Below are positions 1 through 11,058 of a DNA stretch of 64,000 bases, piece by piece. The notes beneath the pieces were generated by a model. That model worked only from the letters and a program-made list of their open reading frames with translations, was not told the origin of the DNA and searched no databases. How positions within the stretch are numbered: the first letter of the stretch is position 1; every line of letters starts with the position of its first letter. Made by a program: the position numbers and the translations under genes. Source of the stretch: Armatimonadota bacterium (GTDB lineage Bacteria; Armatimonadota; Fimbriimonadia; Fimbriimonadales; GBS-DC); the NCBI GenBank assembly GCA_023511915.1, contig JAIMAN010000006.1, forward strand, positions 3,284 through 67,283, read 5' to 3'.

Positions 1-355
1 TGTTGCGCGGCGTGAAGAACTCGCGCCGCTGGTGATAATAACCGAGCGCGAAGAGTCCCTGCTCGGTCAGGCTAAGCGTGGTGGGGAACTGGTCGGGCAT
101 GGCGTCTTGCAGGTCGCGTTCGAGGGCAATTGCCAGCCCTTCGCGTTGTTTGCGCAGTTTGCTCAGGTGGGGCTGCGTCATGCGCAGCAGCACGCCGAAC
201 ACGCTGGCGGGTGCGGTGGACGCGCTGCCGTAGTAGCGGTCGGTCAGCGTGGCGTTGGGGTTACCAATCGCCAGGCTCTGGATGCGTTCAATCACGGCGA
301 GCAGTCGCCCGCACTTGTAGGCGGGGTGGCCCTGCGTTTCCGAATTGTGTGTCAT
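1..355 (-). CDS. cas11c: Cas11c-like small subunit (C-terminal module of Cas8c/Csd1) encoded as its own ORF; its 3' end runs off the left window edge
   Basis: Absent from the ORF track because it is open at the window edge. Hand translation from ATG 355-353 gives MTHNSETQGHPAYKCGRLLAVIERIQSLAIGNPNATLTDRYYGSASTAPASVFGVLLRMTQPHLSKLRKQREGLAIALERDLQDAMPDQFPTTLSLTEQGLFALGYYHQRREFF. The motifs PAYxxGRLxAVxExIQ, DRYYGSAS and EQGxFxLGYYHQ are ones I associate with the Csd1 C-terminus. GGAGGTGA (369-362) lies 6 nt upstream of the ATG. Confidence 0.7.
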   Translation of the reverse strand, partial: MTHNSETQGHPAYKCGRLLAVIERIQSLAIGNPNATLTDRYYGSASTAPASVFGVLLRMTQPHLSKLRKQREGLAIALERDLQDAMPDQFPTTLSLTEQGLFALGYYHQRREFFTPRN

Positions 356-368
356 TGGAATTCACCTC

Positions 369-1631
369 CTACAGTAGGTTGTGTGAGTATAGTACTGCTT
401 GGATGAGCCGTGCGCGGTTGTCTGTGACGCTGCGCTCGGCGCTATTGCGCCGGATGGCGAGCTGCAGCAGGGACATTGGCAGCGGGTTTCCCGTGAGCGT
501 GCAACGGATGAGCGTTTCGGGCACATGGGCGGGGATGTCGTCCGCCTTGAAGTAGAGGGCGCGCGCCAGTTGGAACACGCCGACGGGCGTATCGCCTGCG
601 TGCAGTTGCTGCCAGCGGAACCACTGGGCAAGGTTGCGCTGCACGGCGGGCAGGGTGGTCTCAAGGTAGCTGCGCACGACCACGCGCGCGCTGTTCGCCG
701 AGAGCGCAACGGCGTAGAACTCGTTCGCTTGGGGCTGCGCGGGGATTCCACCCCGTGCGACGGTCTCCAAGAGTTGCTTTACTTGAACGGGGTCGGGGGC
801 CTCCAGCATCTGCACGATGCTGAACTGGGTCGGCTTGCGCGTCCAGAAGCAGTAGACGAGTTTACCCACGCGCAGTGAGGTGTCTGGATTGCGCATAAGG
901 GCATCCAACGCCTTGAGCGCGCGTTCGGAGCAGTCCAGACAGATGGGCGACACAAAGGCTTCCGTCAACCGATAGGACTCGAAGGCGTCTGCATTTGCCG
1001 AGATGAGTGACATCCCCGAGCCTTGCCCGCCGGGAATGCCCTTGATGGGCAGGTAATGCCGTCGCACGACGGGCTTGACCTGCCCGCACACAAGGCACGG
1101 CATCGGGTCACCAACAATCTTATACGCGGTGGCTGCGTAATTTGCCCAGTACTGTTGCACATCGGGTAGGTCTATCACCCGCTGCCCGTTGACGCGGAAG
1201 GTGACAGTCTCGGCAGGGTCGTAGTCGTCGGGCACTTTGAGCCTCTTGAAGTGGCGCTGGTAGAACGCGTTAACTGCGCGCGTTTCGGGCAGGTTGAGCT
1301 GCTGATGGCAATCGGCGACCAGTTGCTTGAAGGCGTTGTGCTGTTCTTGGACACGCTCGTCTTTCTTGTTCTTCGCGGCACGCCCCAGCACATAGCCACC
1401 GTTGTCGCAAAACAGCAGGGGCATAATCGCGCTGGTGCGCAGGTTGCCGAGCGTTGGGACGGCGTGCAGGTTGCCGCGCTTCTGTTTGCCCGACGCCTGA
1501 CGCTGGTCTATCATCCCGCGCGGCGCGCCGTTGACGTCCAAATCGATCAGCCAGTCCACAGGCGCGTCCGCGTACAGACAGGGCGGCAGATTCACGCGCT
1601 GACTATACTCCACCAGTCGTTGCAGGAGCAT
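369..1631 (-). CDS. cas8c: Type I-C large subunit Cas8c/Csd1, N-terminal portion only (420 aa)
   Basis: Track ORF 369..1955 trimmed to ATG 1631 (MLLQRLVEYSQRVNLPP...), which overlaps the cas5c stop by 29 nt. It has Cys pairs (PCLVCG, PICLDC) and sits between cas5c and the cas11c-like ORF. The stop is TAG at 371-369. Confidence 0.75.
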   Translation of the reverse strand: MLLQRLVEYSQRVNLPPCLYADAPVDWLIDLDVNGAPRGMIDQRQASGKQKRGNLHAVPTLGNLRTSAIMPLLFCDNGGYVLGRAAKNKKDERVQEQHNAFKQLVADCHQQLNLPETRAVNAFYQRHFKRLKVPDDYDPAETVTFRVNGQRVIDLPDVQQYWANYAATAYKIVGDPMPCLVCGQVKPVVRRHYLPIKGIPGGQGSGMSLISANADAFESYRLTEAFVSPICLDCSERALKALDALMRNPDTSLRVGKLVYCFWTRKPTQFSIVQMLEAPDPVQVKQLLETVARGGIPAQPQANEFYAVALSANSARVVVRSYLETTLPAVQRNLAQWFRWQQLHAGDTPVGVFQLARALYFKADDIPAHVPETLIRCTLTGNPLPMSLLQLAIRRNSAERSVTDNRARLIQAVLYSHNLL

Positions 1632-2256
1632 GGTTGTTCCCTCCGTTGTAGATGTGTTGCGGGACATGCAGCACGCCGCGGCGCAGTTTGGCGTGGAAGA
1701 AGACGGGTTCAGCTTTGCCGTCGGGTTTGAAGCGGATTTCGCCGAGCATGAGCCCCAAGTCGTCGCTCCAGTTGATGGCGCGGTCGTACTTGTTGGACGG
1801 GGCGAAGTAGGCGGCAAACTCGCGACAGCCCAAGTACGGCTGGTGGTAGCACTGCCCGCGCTCGACGCGCCGTTGGAACTGGTCACGATAGGCGGCGATG
1901 TCCTTATCCGCGTGCGGTTGCAGCACGATGTCGGCGACGATGAGGTACGCCACATCGCGCAGGGCGAGCGTGTGGCGCTGCGTGCGCGACTCGTCGGCGA
2001 AAAATGGTTGCGCCCCGCGCACAGGCACGCGCCTGTCCACCTCGTTGCGCAGCAGGGAGATATGGCGCAGCGGCTTCAGCACATGAATCTCGCGTATGCG
2101 CCACTGGAACTCGGGCTTCCAGAAGATGGCTTCCAGCACCCCGCGCGCCGCCGACGGCGTCATCACAGGGTACGACACGCGCTCGACCTTCATCTCGGGG
2201 CGTGTGAAACAGGCATACGGACCCCAGACCTTTACACGGAGCGGTTCATGATACAT
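1603..2256 (-). CDS. cas5c: Type I-C Cas5c (Cas5d) pre-crRNA endoribonuclease
   Basis: MYHEPLRVKVWGPYACFTRPEMKVERVSYPVMTPSAARGVLEAIFWKPEF is the canonical Cas5d N-terminus. Start taken at ATG 2256, with GGAGGA 8 nt upstream, rather than the track start at 2277. Confidence 0.85.
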   Translation of the reverse strand: MYHEPLRVKVWGPYACFTRPEMKVERVSYPVMTPSAARGVLEAIFWKPEFQWRIREIHVLKPLRHISLLRNEVDRRVPVRGAQPFFADESRTQRHTLALRDVAYLIVADIVLQPHADKDIAAYRDQFQRRVERGQCYHQPYLGCREFAAYFAPSNKYDRAINWSDDLGLMLGEIRFKPDGKAEPVFFHAKLRRGVLHVPQHIYNGGNNHAPATTGGV

Positions 2257-2277
2257 GCAAGCTGTCCTCCTATACAT

Positions 2278-2341
2278 AGTATACCCCGCACCGTTTGGGA
2301 TTCCTGCCGATTCTGATTCTCAGGGCGATTGGGGGCAAATT
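2278..2341 (-). promoter_or_regulatory. Putative cas operon promoter module: -10 TATACT (2283-2278), CGGCAGGAATC (2309-2299), AATTTGCCCCCAATCG (2341-2326)
   Basis: Read on the minus strand. The same 11-mer and a related ATTCGCCCCCAAG box occur upstream of the 21653 gene, and the 11-mer alone occurs upstream of lon. Confidence 0.4.
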
Positions 2342-2439
2342 CGGCGCGACGAATTAGGTATCCTTTACACGCACCGACTGCGGGTATGCTTTGACTGAAC
2401 GGTCAGTCTATCGCCCGACGACGGGAACGGAGGGATGCG

Positions 2440-4047
<1,608 letters not shown>

Positions 4048-4098
4048 TTGTGCGTCCGATGCAGGGCGCACAGAATCAACGAGGATGAGGAGGTAAGC

Positions 4099-5367
<1,269 letters not shown>

Positions 5368-5425
5368 CAGTTCAGGGGGCGCGTCCGCGATTGGCATGCG
5401 TCCCCTAAAAAGGTATACTGCCGTT

Positions 5426-5806
5426 GTGGACGCCCAAAAGGTTGCACAACGCTGGTACCAGCAAGCGGTTCACGACGATGACCCTCTCATCGAGCAGTTT
5501 GTGCAGTGCGCGTTGCCGACGCTTGTGGCGCGTGTGCAGCCCGAGCGGGTGATTTTGTTCGGCTCGCGGGCGCGTGGCGACTCCGACTTGGATGTCATCG
5601 TCGTGGCGCAGGCATTTGAGGGCGCGCCGTTCCTCAAACGCATGCCGATGATGCTGCGCATGGCGCGCTTCCCGCGCCATGTGGACTTCCTCTGCTACAC
5701 GCCCGCCGAGTTCGAGCAGGTGCAGCGCACCTCCGCGATTGTGCATCAAGCGGTTCAGGAGGGCATCATCCTCTACGATGCCAAGACGCCCCTCGCCGCG
5801 CGCTAA
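5426..5806 (+). CDS. Nucleotidyltransferase (minimal pol-beta fold, MNT-like) domain protein
   Basis: Contains the NTase motif FGSRARGDSDLDVIVV. The maximal ORF starts at ATG 5396, but a TATACT box at 5414-5419 lies 6 nt before in-frame GTG 5426, which is the leaderless pattern common in this window. Confidence 0.6.
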   Translation: MDAQKVAQRWYQQAVHDDDPLIEQFVQCALPTLVARVQPERVILFGSRARGDSDLDVIVVAQAFEGAPFLKRMPMMLRMARFPRHVDFLCYTPAEFEQVQRTSAIVHQAVQEGIILYDAKTPLAAR

Positions 5807-5819
5807 GACTTGGGCGCGC

Positions 5820-7004
5820 TCACCACGCGGCGGCAGCCACCTCAGGGTGCTTGCTAAAGAAGCGTTTCAGGGCGGGCCAGACATCCTCTTTAGAGGTGAT
5901 TTTGACCACCACCACGCGCGGGTCGTCCTGAAACGCTTCGGTAATCGCCTGCCCCAACGGCGCCAGCCCGTTGGAACTGCCCCACAAATCGTTGGCAATC
6001 TCGCCGTAGCCGATGAGGTTGGCATACTCCACCAGCTTGCGCATGTATTCCACCACCTCGTGGTCGCCCCAGTTGTAGCCGTCGGAGAACATGAAGGGGT
6101 AGATGTTCCACTCGCGCGGGTTGTAGCGTTTTTCGAGGATCTCCAGCGCGAGTTTGTAGGCGGCAGACAGGCGCGTGCCGCCCGAATCGCCCGCCGAGAA
6201 GAAGGTATGCTCGTCGACCTCCTTCGCCTCCGTGTGGCAGGTGATGAACACGATTTCGGTGGCGGTGTATTTGGTGCGCAGAAAGCGCGTCATCCAGTAG
6301 TAGAAGCTGCGCGCGATGTACGCCTCGAACTCGCCCATACTGCCCGACACATCGCGCATGGCGATGACAACGGCGTTGCGCTGCTTCTCGGGCACAATCT
6401 CCCAGCTTTTGAACCGCTTGTCCTCCTCGTGAATCTCCCAGCCGGGGTTGCCCTCGGCGGCGTTGCGCTTCCAAGCGTTGATAAGCGTGCGCTTTTTGTC
6501 GATGTTGGACTGCGGTCCGCGCCGCGCGATGGTGTCGAAACGCACTTGGTCTGCCAGAATGTCTTTTGTGCCCTTCTCGCGTAGGTTCGGCAGGTGCAGG
6601 TCTTCGAAGACCATCTGCACGAGTTCCTCGATGGTGAACTCCGCCTCGTAGAAGTCGACGCCAGGTTCCGTGCCTGCCTGTTTGCCTGCGCCTTGACCCT
6701 GCTGCCCCGATCGTCCGATGACATCGCCCGCCTTGCTGCCGCCAGGGCCTTGCCCGACGCCCTTTTTGCCGTGCGGGTCGTAGCGGATGTGGGGCAACTC
6801 CAGCCCGCGAATGGGAATCTTGACGATTTTGCCGTCCTCGGCGGTGATGATGTCCTGCTGCCCGATGATCTCGCCCAAGTTCTGCTTGATGACCTCTTTG
6901 ACCTTCTCGTTATGGCGCAGCCGATCCTTCTCGGCTCGGCGGTGCAAATCCCACGAGTCGGTCGATAGCCAGTAGCCCTGTCTGCCGTTCTCCACAGCGT
7001 TCAA
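5820..7004 (-). CDS. yhbH: YhbH/YeaH family protein (DUF444, vWA-like)
   Basis: The N-terminus YWLSTDSWDLHRRAEKDRLRHNEKVKEVIKQNL...KIVKIPIRGLELPHIRYD matches the YhbH/YeaH pattern. Confidence 0.75.
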   Translation of the reverse strand: MNAVENGRQGYWLSTDSWDLHRRAEKDRLRHNEKVKEVIKQNLGEIIGQQDIITAEDGKIVKIPIRGLELPHIRYDPHGKKGVGQGPGGSKAGDVIGRSGQQGQGAGKQAGTEPGVDFYEAEFTIEELVQMVFEDLHLPNLREKGTKDILADQVRFDTIARRGPQSNIDKKRTLINAWKRNAAEGNPGWEIHEEDKRFKSWEIVPEKQRNAVVIAMRDVSGSMGEFEAYIARSFYYWMTRFLRTKYTATEIVFITCHTEAKEVDEHTFFSAGDSGGTRLSAAYKLALEILEKRYNPREWNIYPFMFSDGYNWGDHEVVEYMRKLVEYANLIGYGEIANDLWGSSNGLAPLGQAITEAFQDDPRVVVVKITSKEDVWPALKRFFSKHPEVAAAAW

Positions 7005-7099
7005 CCCCCACCTTAAGATACCATGATTGTCGGCAAAAGTTCCGCTTTGGGTCAGCCCTTGACATCACCCCCACCCGATGGGGTATACATTCGTATAGC

Positions 7100-7648
7100 A
7101 TGGCGTTCAATGTGCGACGGTATCTGATACGGGTGCGCGGGGGGCAGCAGTATCTGCCTGTCGCCGCGCGGTTGGTCTGGTTCCGCGAAGACCACCCCGA
7201 CTGGAGCATCGAGACGCATCCGTTGCATCTGGACATAGAGGGCGGGTGCGTAGTGTTTCAGGCGGTGGTGAAGGACGCACAGGGGCGGGTCATCGCGACG
7301 GCGAGCAAGATGGAGACGCGCGACGACTTCGCGGACTTCGTGGAGAAGGCGGAGACGGGCGCAATCGGGCGTGCGCTGGCGATGTGCGGCTACGGCACGC
7401 AGTTCGCGCCTGAACTGAGCGAGGGCGACTTGGAGACGGGGCGCATCGCCTACGCCGACTCGCCGCAACCTCTGCGCGGCGACGCGGCGGGACGCGCCGA
7501 ACACGCCGCCGAGCCGACTGCTGAAGCGATGATCTGCGCCGCGTGCGGACGCGCGCTGCGCAAACCGCAGTACGACCTCAGCATGGCGAAGTTCCACCGC
7601 CCGCTATGCCCGACCTGCCAGCGACACGCCCAGCAAGCCGCCCCATGA
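7100..7648 (+). CDS. Putative Rad52/Sak-like single-strand annealing protein with C-terminal CxxC...CxxC zinc ribbon
   Basis: EKAETGAIGRALAMCGYG resembles the Rad52-family KEAxTDAxKRALxxFG motif. The C-terminus has CAACGR...CPTCQ. Its stop overlaps the rluD start (ATGA at 7645-7648). Confidence 0.4.
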   Translation: MAFNVRRYLIRVRGGQQYLPVAARLVWFREDHPDWSIETHPLHLDIEGGCVVFQAVVKDAQGRVIATASKMETRDDFADFVEKAETGAIGRALAMCGYGTQFAPELSEGDLETGRIAYADSPQPLRGDAAGRAEHAAEPTAEAMICAACGRALRKPQYDLSMAKFHRPLCPTCQRHAQQAAP

Positions 7649-8601
7649 CCGGGCAACGGTTAGACCGCTACCTGAGCGAGCGACACCCCGACATCAGCCG
7701 CGCCCGCTGGCAAGAGTGGATTGCGGCGGGTCAGGTGCGCGTCAACGGGCAGCCCGTCACGAAGCCTGCCCACCGCCTGCGCGCGGGCGACACGGTGGAC
7801 TACACGCTGCCGCCCGACCGCCCGCCCGACTACGACCTCACGCCCGAAGCCATCCCCGTGCCCATCGTCTACGAGGACGACCACCTGCTGGTGGTGAACA
7901 AGCCGCGCGGGCTGACCGTGCATCCTGCGCCTGGGCATCCGCACGGCACGCTGGTCAACGCGCTGCTGGCGCACAGTCCCACCCTCGCGCAGGGCAGCGC
8001 GGGTTTCCGCCCCGGCGTGGTGCATCGGCTGGACAAGGACACCACAGGGCTGCTGGTGGTCGCCAAGACCGACCGCGCACACGCGCGACTCAGCAGCGCG
8101 CTGCAGCGACACGCCATCGAACGCGAGTACCGCGCGCTGGTGTGGGGCATGCCGCGCGAGACGCACTTCACGGTCGACCTGCCGATTGGTCGCCACCCTG
8201 TGCAGCGCAAGAAGATGGCGGCGCTGGACGCAGCGGCGGTTCTGGCGGGCAAGGCGCGCCCCGCACGCACGCACTTTGTGGTGCAGGAGGCGTTCCGCGA
8301 CTGCGCGCTGCTGGCGGCGCGGCTTGAGACGGGGCGCACGCACCAAGTGCGCGTCCACGCCAGCGCGGTGGGGCATCCCGTCGTGGGCGACCCGCTGTAC
8401 GGCGGCATACGCAAGCCCCCGCGCGACTGGTCGCCCGACCTCGCCAACGCCGTCGCCTGCTTGCAGGGGCAACTGCTGCACGCCTACGCGCTGGCGTTCG
8501 AGCATCCCCTCACGGGCGAACGGATGCACTTCACCGCGCCGCTGCCCGACGACTTCCAGCAAGTGCTGACGCTCCTGCGGGGGTATAATCAGGCGCGATG
8601 A
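7645..8601 (+). CDS. rluD: 23S rRNA pseudouridine synthase, RluD family
   Basis: Has an S4-like N-terminus (RLDRYLSE) and the HRLDKDTTGLLVVAKT catalytic motif. Start at ATG 7645. Confidence 0.85.
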   Translation: MTGQRLDRYLSERHPDISRARWQEWIAAGQVRVNGQPVTKPAHRLRAGDTVDYTLPPDRPPDYDLTPEAIPVPIVYEDDHLLVVNKPRGLTVHPAPGHPHGTLVNALLAHSPTLAQGSAGFRPGVVHRLDKDTTGLLVVAKTDRAHARLSSALQRHAIEREYRALVWGMPRETHFTVDLPIGRHPVQRKKMAALDAAAVLAGKARPARTHFVVQEAFRDCALLAARLETGRTHQVRVHASAVGHPVVGDPLYGGIRKPPRDWSPDLANAVACLQGQLLHAYALAFEHPLTGERMHFTAPLPDDFQQVLTLLRGYNQAR

Positions 8602-9227
8602 TCATCGATGTCAGCGTGCCGTTGCGCCAGCCGATGCCGACCTACCCTGGCGACGCGCCGTTCGAACTGATTCCCGTCGTGCGGATGGCGGACGGCGGGG
8701 TATGCAACGGCTCGCGCCTGATGCTGGGCACGCATTCGGGCACGCACATCGACGCCCCGTGGCACTTCAACGACGCGGGCAAGCGCGTCCACGAGATTCC
8801 GCTCGCGCGGCTGATTGGCGCGTGCTGGGTCGCCGACCTGCGCGGCTACCCGCACATCACCGCCGACGCGCTCGAACGCGCGAACATCCCGCCCACCACC
8901 ACGCGCCTGCTGCTCAAGACCGACAACAGCGCGCTCTGGGGGCAGACGCACGAGTTCAACACGGCATATGTCGCGCTCACCCCAGACGCCGCCGAGTGGC
9001 TCATTCGCCGCTGCGTCGATGTCGTCGGGGTGGACTACCTCTCCATCGAACGCTACGGCGCGACGCCCGAAGTGCATCACCTGCTCTGCGGCGCGGGCAA
9101 GATCATCATCGAGGGGCTGAACCTCAGCGCGGTGGACGCAGGCGAGTACGAGTTGCTCTGCCTGCCGCTGCTGATTGAAGGCGCGGACGGCGCGCCTGCA
9201 CGGGTCGCCCTACGCACACTCCGCTGA
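8598..9227 (+). CDS. Cyclase family protein / kynurenine formamidase-like
   Basis: Contains the motif HSGTHIDAPWH. A TATAAT box at 8584-8589 lies 8 nt before the ATG. Confidence 0.75.
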   Translation: MIIDVSVPLRQPMPTYPGDAPFELIPVVRMADGGVCNGSRLMLGTHSGTHIDAPWHFNDAGKRVHEIPLARLIGACWVADLRGYPHITADALERANIPPTTTRLLLKTDNSALWGQTHEFNTAYVALTPDAAEWLIRRCVDVVGVDYLSIERYGATPEVHHLLCGAGKIIIEGLNLSAVDAGEYELLCLPLLIEGADGAPARVALRTLR

Positions 9228-9339
9228 AATCTGGCAAATTTAGCAGTCCTACTTTTCCCAAATCCGAATTATAATAGCCATGCCACTGCACAAGTGGCAG
9301 AGCAGACCGCACAGCCTTGTTAACCCAACCTCCCTCTGG

Positions 9340-9369
9340 TGGAGCCTGCAAAGGCTCCACTATTTTTTT
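9340..9369 (+). terminator. Rho-independent terminator
   Basis: TGGAGCC-TGCAAA-GGCTCCA hairpin followed by CTATTTTTTT. Confidence 0.8.
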
Positions 9370-10294
9370 ACCGCGCGCCCATCCACAGGGGCAGCAGCGC
9401 GAGCGCGGCGACGGTAGACGCCACGACCACCCCCGACGCCAGTTCAGGCTCGGTGCGGCACGCGGCGGCGTAGACCGCGCTGACCATCACGGTCGGCATC
9501 GCGCTCTGCAGGAGCAACGCCTGCGCAGCGAAGGACGGCAACCCCGCCAGACGCAGCAGCCCCAGCATCAGCAGCGGCATCACGAGCGTCTTGAAGCCGA
9601 CAATCAGCGCGACCGCTTTCCAACGCGCGCCCAGCGTGCGCCAGTGGAGCATCCCGCCGATTGCCAGCAGCACCAGCGGCGTCGTGGTCTGTCCCAACCG
9701 TTCGAGCGTGAACAGCAGCGGTTCGGGCAGGCGCACCCCCGCAAGCATCAGCGCGTAGCCCGCAATCGCCGCCCAGAACACAGGCATCTGCGCGAGCCGT
9801 CGCAGCCCGTTCACTCCGTCGGAAACGCCCTCCGCCGCGCCCGCACGCGCCAGCACCCGCGCGCCCACCATGTGGATCATCAGGCTGGTGACGCCCATAT
9901 CGTAGGCGACGGCGGCGGCGACGATGTTGGGTTCGTGGCTGTAGAGCGCGGCAATCAGCGGCGTGCCCAGAAAGCCCGTGTTGCTGATACTGCCCTGCAC
10001 GATGAGCAAGGCGCGGGTCGGCGTCGCCAGCGGCAGTAGGTTGCCCAGCAGCCACGCCAGCCCCATCCCCAGCCACACCGAGAGCATCGCGACGCCCCAT
10101 GCCCCCAGCAGCGTCGGCGAGAACGACGCCTTCGCCAGCGCGCTCAGCACCAGCGCAGGCAACGGCGCAAGCGCGACCAGCCGCGCCAACCACGCCGTCG
10201 TCTCGTCCGTCAGCACGCCCCCGCGCCGCAAACCGTACCCCAGCAGCACCAGGAGCAAAAACATCACCAAGTAGTGCCCAACCGCGCCCTGCAC
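9368..10294 (-). CDS. AEC (auxin efflux carrier) family transporter
   Basis: Polytopic membrane protein (LLVLLGYGLRRGGVLTDE...). The N-terminal 58 codons of the track ORF overlap the divergent OMP gene, so the start was moved to GTG 10294. ATG 10264 is an alternative start. Confidence 0.65.
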   Translation of the reverse strand: MQGAVGHYLVMFLLLVLLGYGLRRGGVLTDETTAWLARLVALAPLPALVLSALAKASFSPTLLGAWGVAMLSVWLGMGLAWLLGNLLPLATPTRALLIVQGSISNTGFLGTPLIAALYSHEPNIVAAAVAYDMGVTSLMIHMVGARVLARAGAAEGVSDGVNGLRRLAQMPVFWAAIAGYALMLAGVRLPEPLLFTLERLGQTTTPLVLLAIGGMLHWRTLGARWKAVALIVGFKTLVMPLLMLGLLRLAGLPSFAAQALLLQSAMPTVMVSAVYAAACRTEPELASGVVVASTVAALALLPLWMGAR

Positions 10295-10407
10295 GCTGAC
10301 CCTAAAGAGTACCCGCTTGTAGGGGCAACCCCCTGTGGTTGCCTTCTTGCGTAAACGCACTGTAATTTCGCGCCCCACTGTGGAAGACTCCCCACGAGGT
10401 GAAACCA

Positions 10408-11058
10408 ATGAAACGCTGGACAATTGTGTGTTCACTGAGCCTTTTGGGCGTTTCGGTGGCGCTGGCAATCCCCGAAACCGTAGTGTTTATGCCGACGGCA
10501 AATCTCAGCACGCCGCGTTCGGTCTACCTGGCGACGGAGCAGTACGGCGTGCCGCGCTATTATAGCCAGACGCGCACGCGCTGCTTCTACACGCAGTTGA
10601 TGGTCACCGAGCGGTTCGACTTCGGCGTCGATTTCGTCGGGCTGGACAACAACCAGTCGCGCCAGACGCTGGGCAATGCTCGCTTCGTGCTATCGCCCGA
10701 ATCGAAACGTTCGCCTGGCTTTGCCGTCGGCGCGCTGAACATTACCGACAACGCGAACCCGACCTTCTATCTGGTAGGCACGCAGACGGTTTCGTTCGGC
10801 AGGTTCCACTTGGGCGCGTATCGTCAGGGGAGCAACACGGGCTGGAGCGGCGCGTTCCAGACCTCGCTGCCGTTCGGTCTGGATGTCGCGCTGGAGTATT
10901 ACCGCTTCCCCGACGGCAACGCCTACACCAGCGTCGGCGCGGGCTACCAAGTCAACCCGACGGTGTACCTTTATACCTACTACTCGCGCCATAGCCAGAC
11001 GCGCGACGCAGACCTCTTCGGCGTCTACCTCGCCTTCACGCCGTTTCAGTTGTTCTGA
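10408..11058 (+). CDS. Secreted beta-barrel outer-membrane-like protein (hypothetical)
   Basis: Signal peptide MKRWTIVCSLSLLGVSVALA, alternating beta-strand pattern and C-terminal Phe. GAGGTG lies upstream of ATG 10408. Confidence 0.5.
   Translation: MKRWTIVCSLSLLGVSVALAIPETVVFMPTANLSTPRSVYLATEQYGVPRYYSQTRTRCFYTQLMVTERFDFGVDFVGLDNNQSRQTLGNARFVLSPESKRSPGFAVGALNITDNANPTFYLVGTQTVSFGRFHLGAYRQGSNTGWSGAFQTSLPFGLDVALEYYRFPDGNAYTSVGAGYQVNPTVYLYTYYSRHSQTRDADLFGVYLAFTPFQLF

Noticed and set aside
9233-9247. TGGCAAATTTAGCAG as a sigma-54 promoter
   Set aside because: The -12 GC is not at the required GG-N10-GC spacing (AG at that position).
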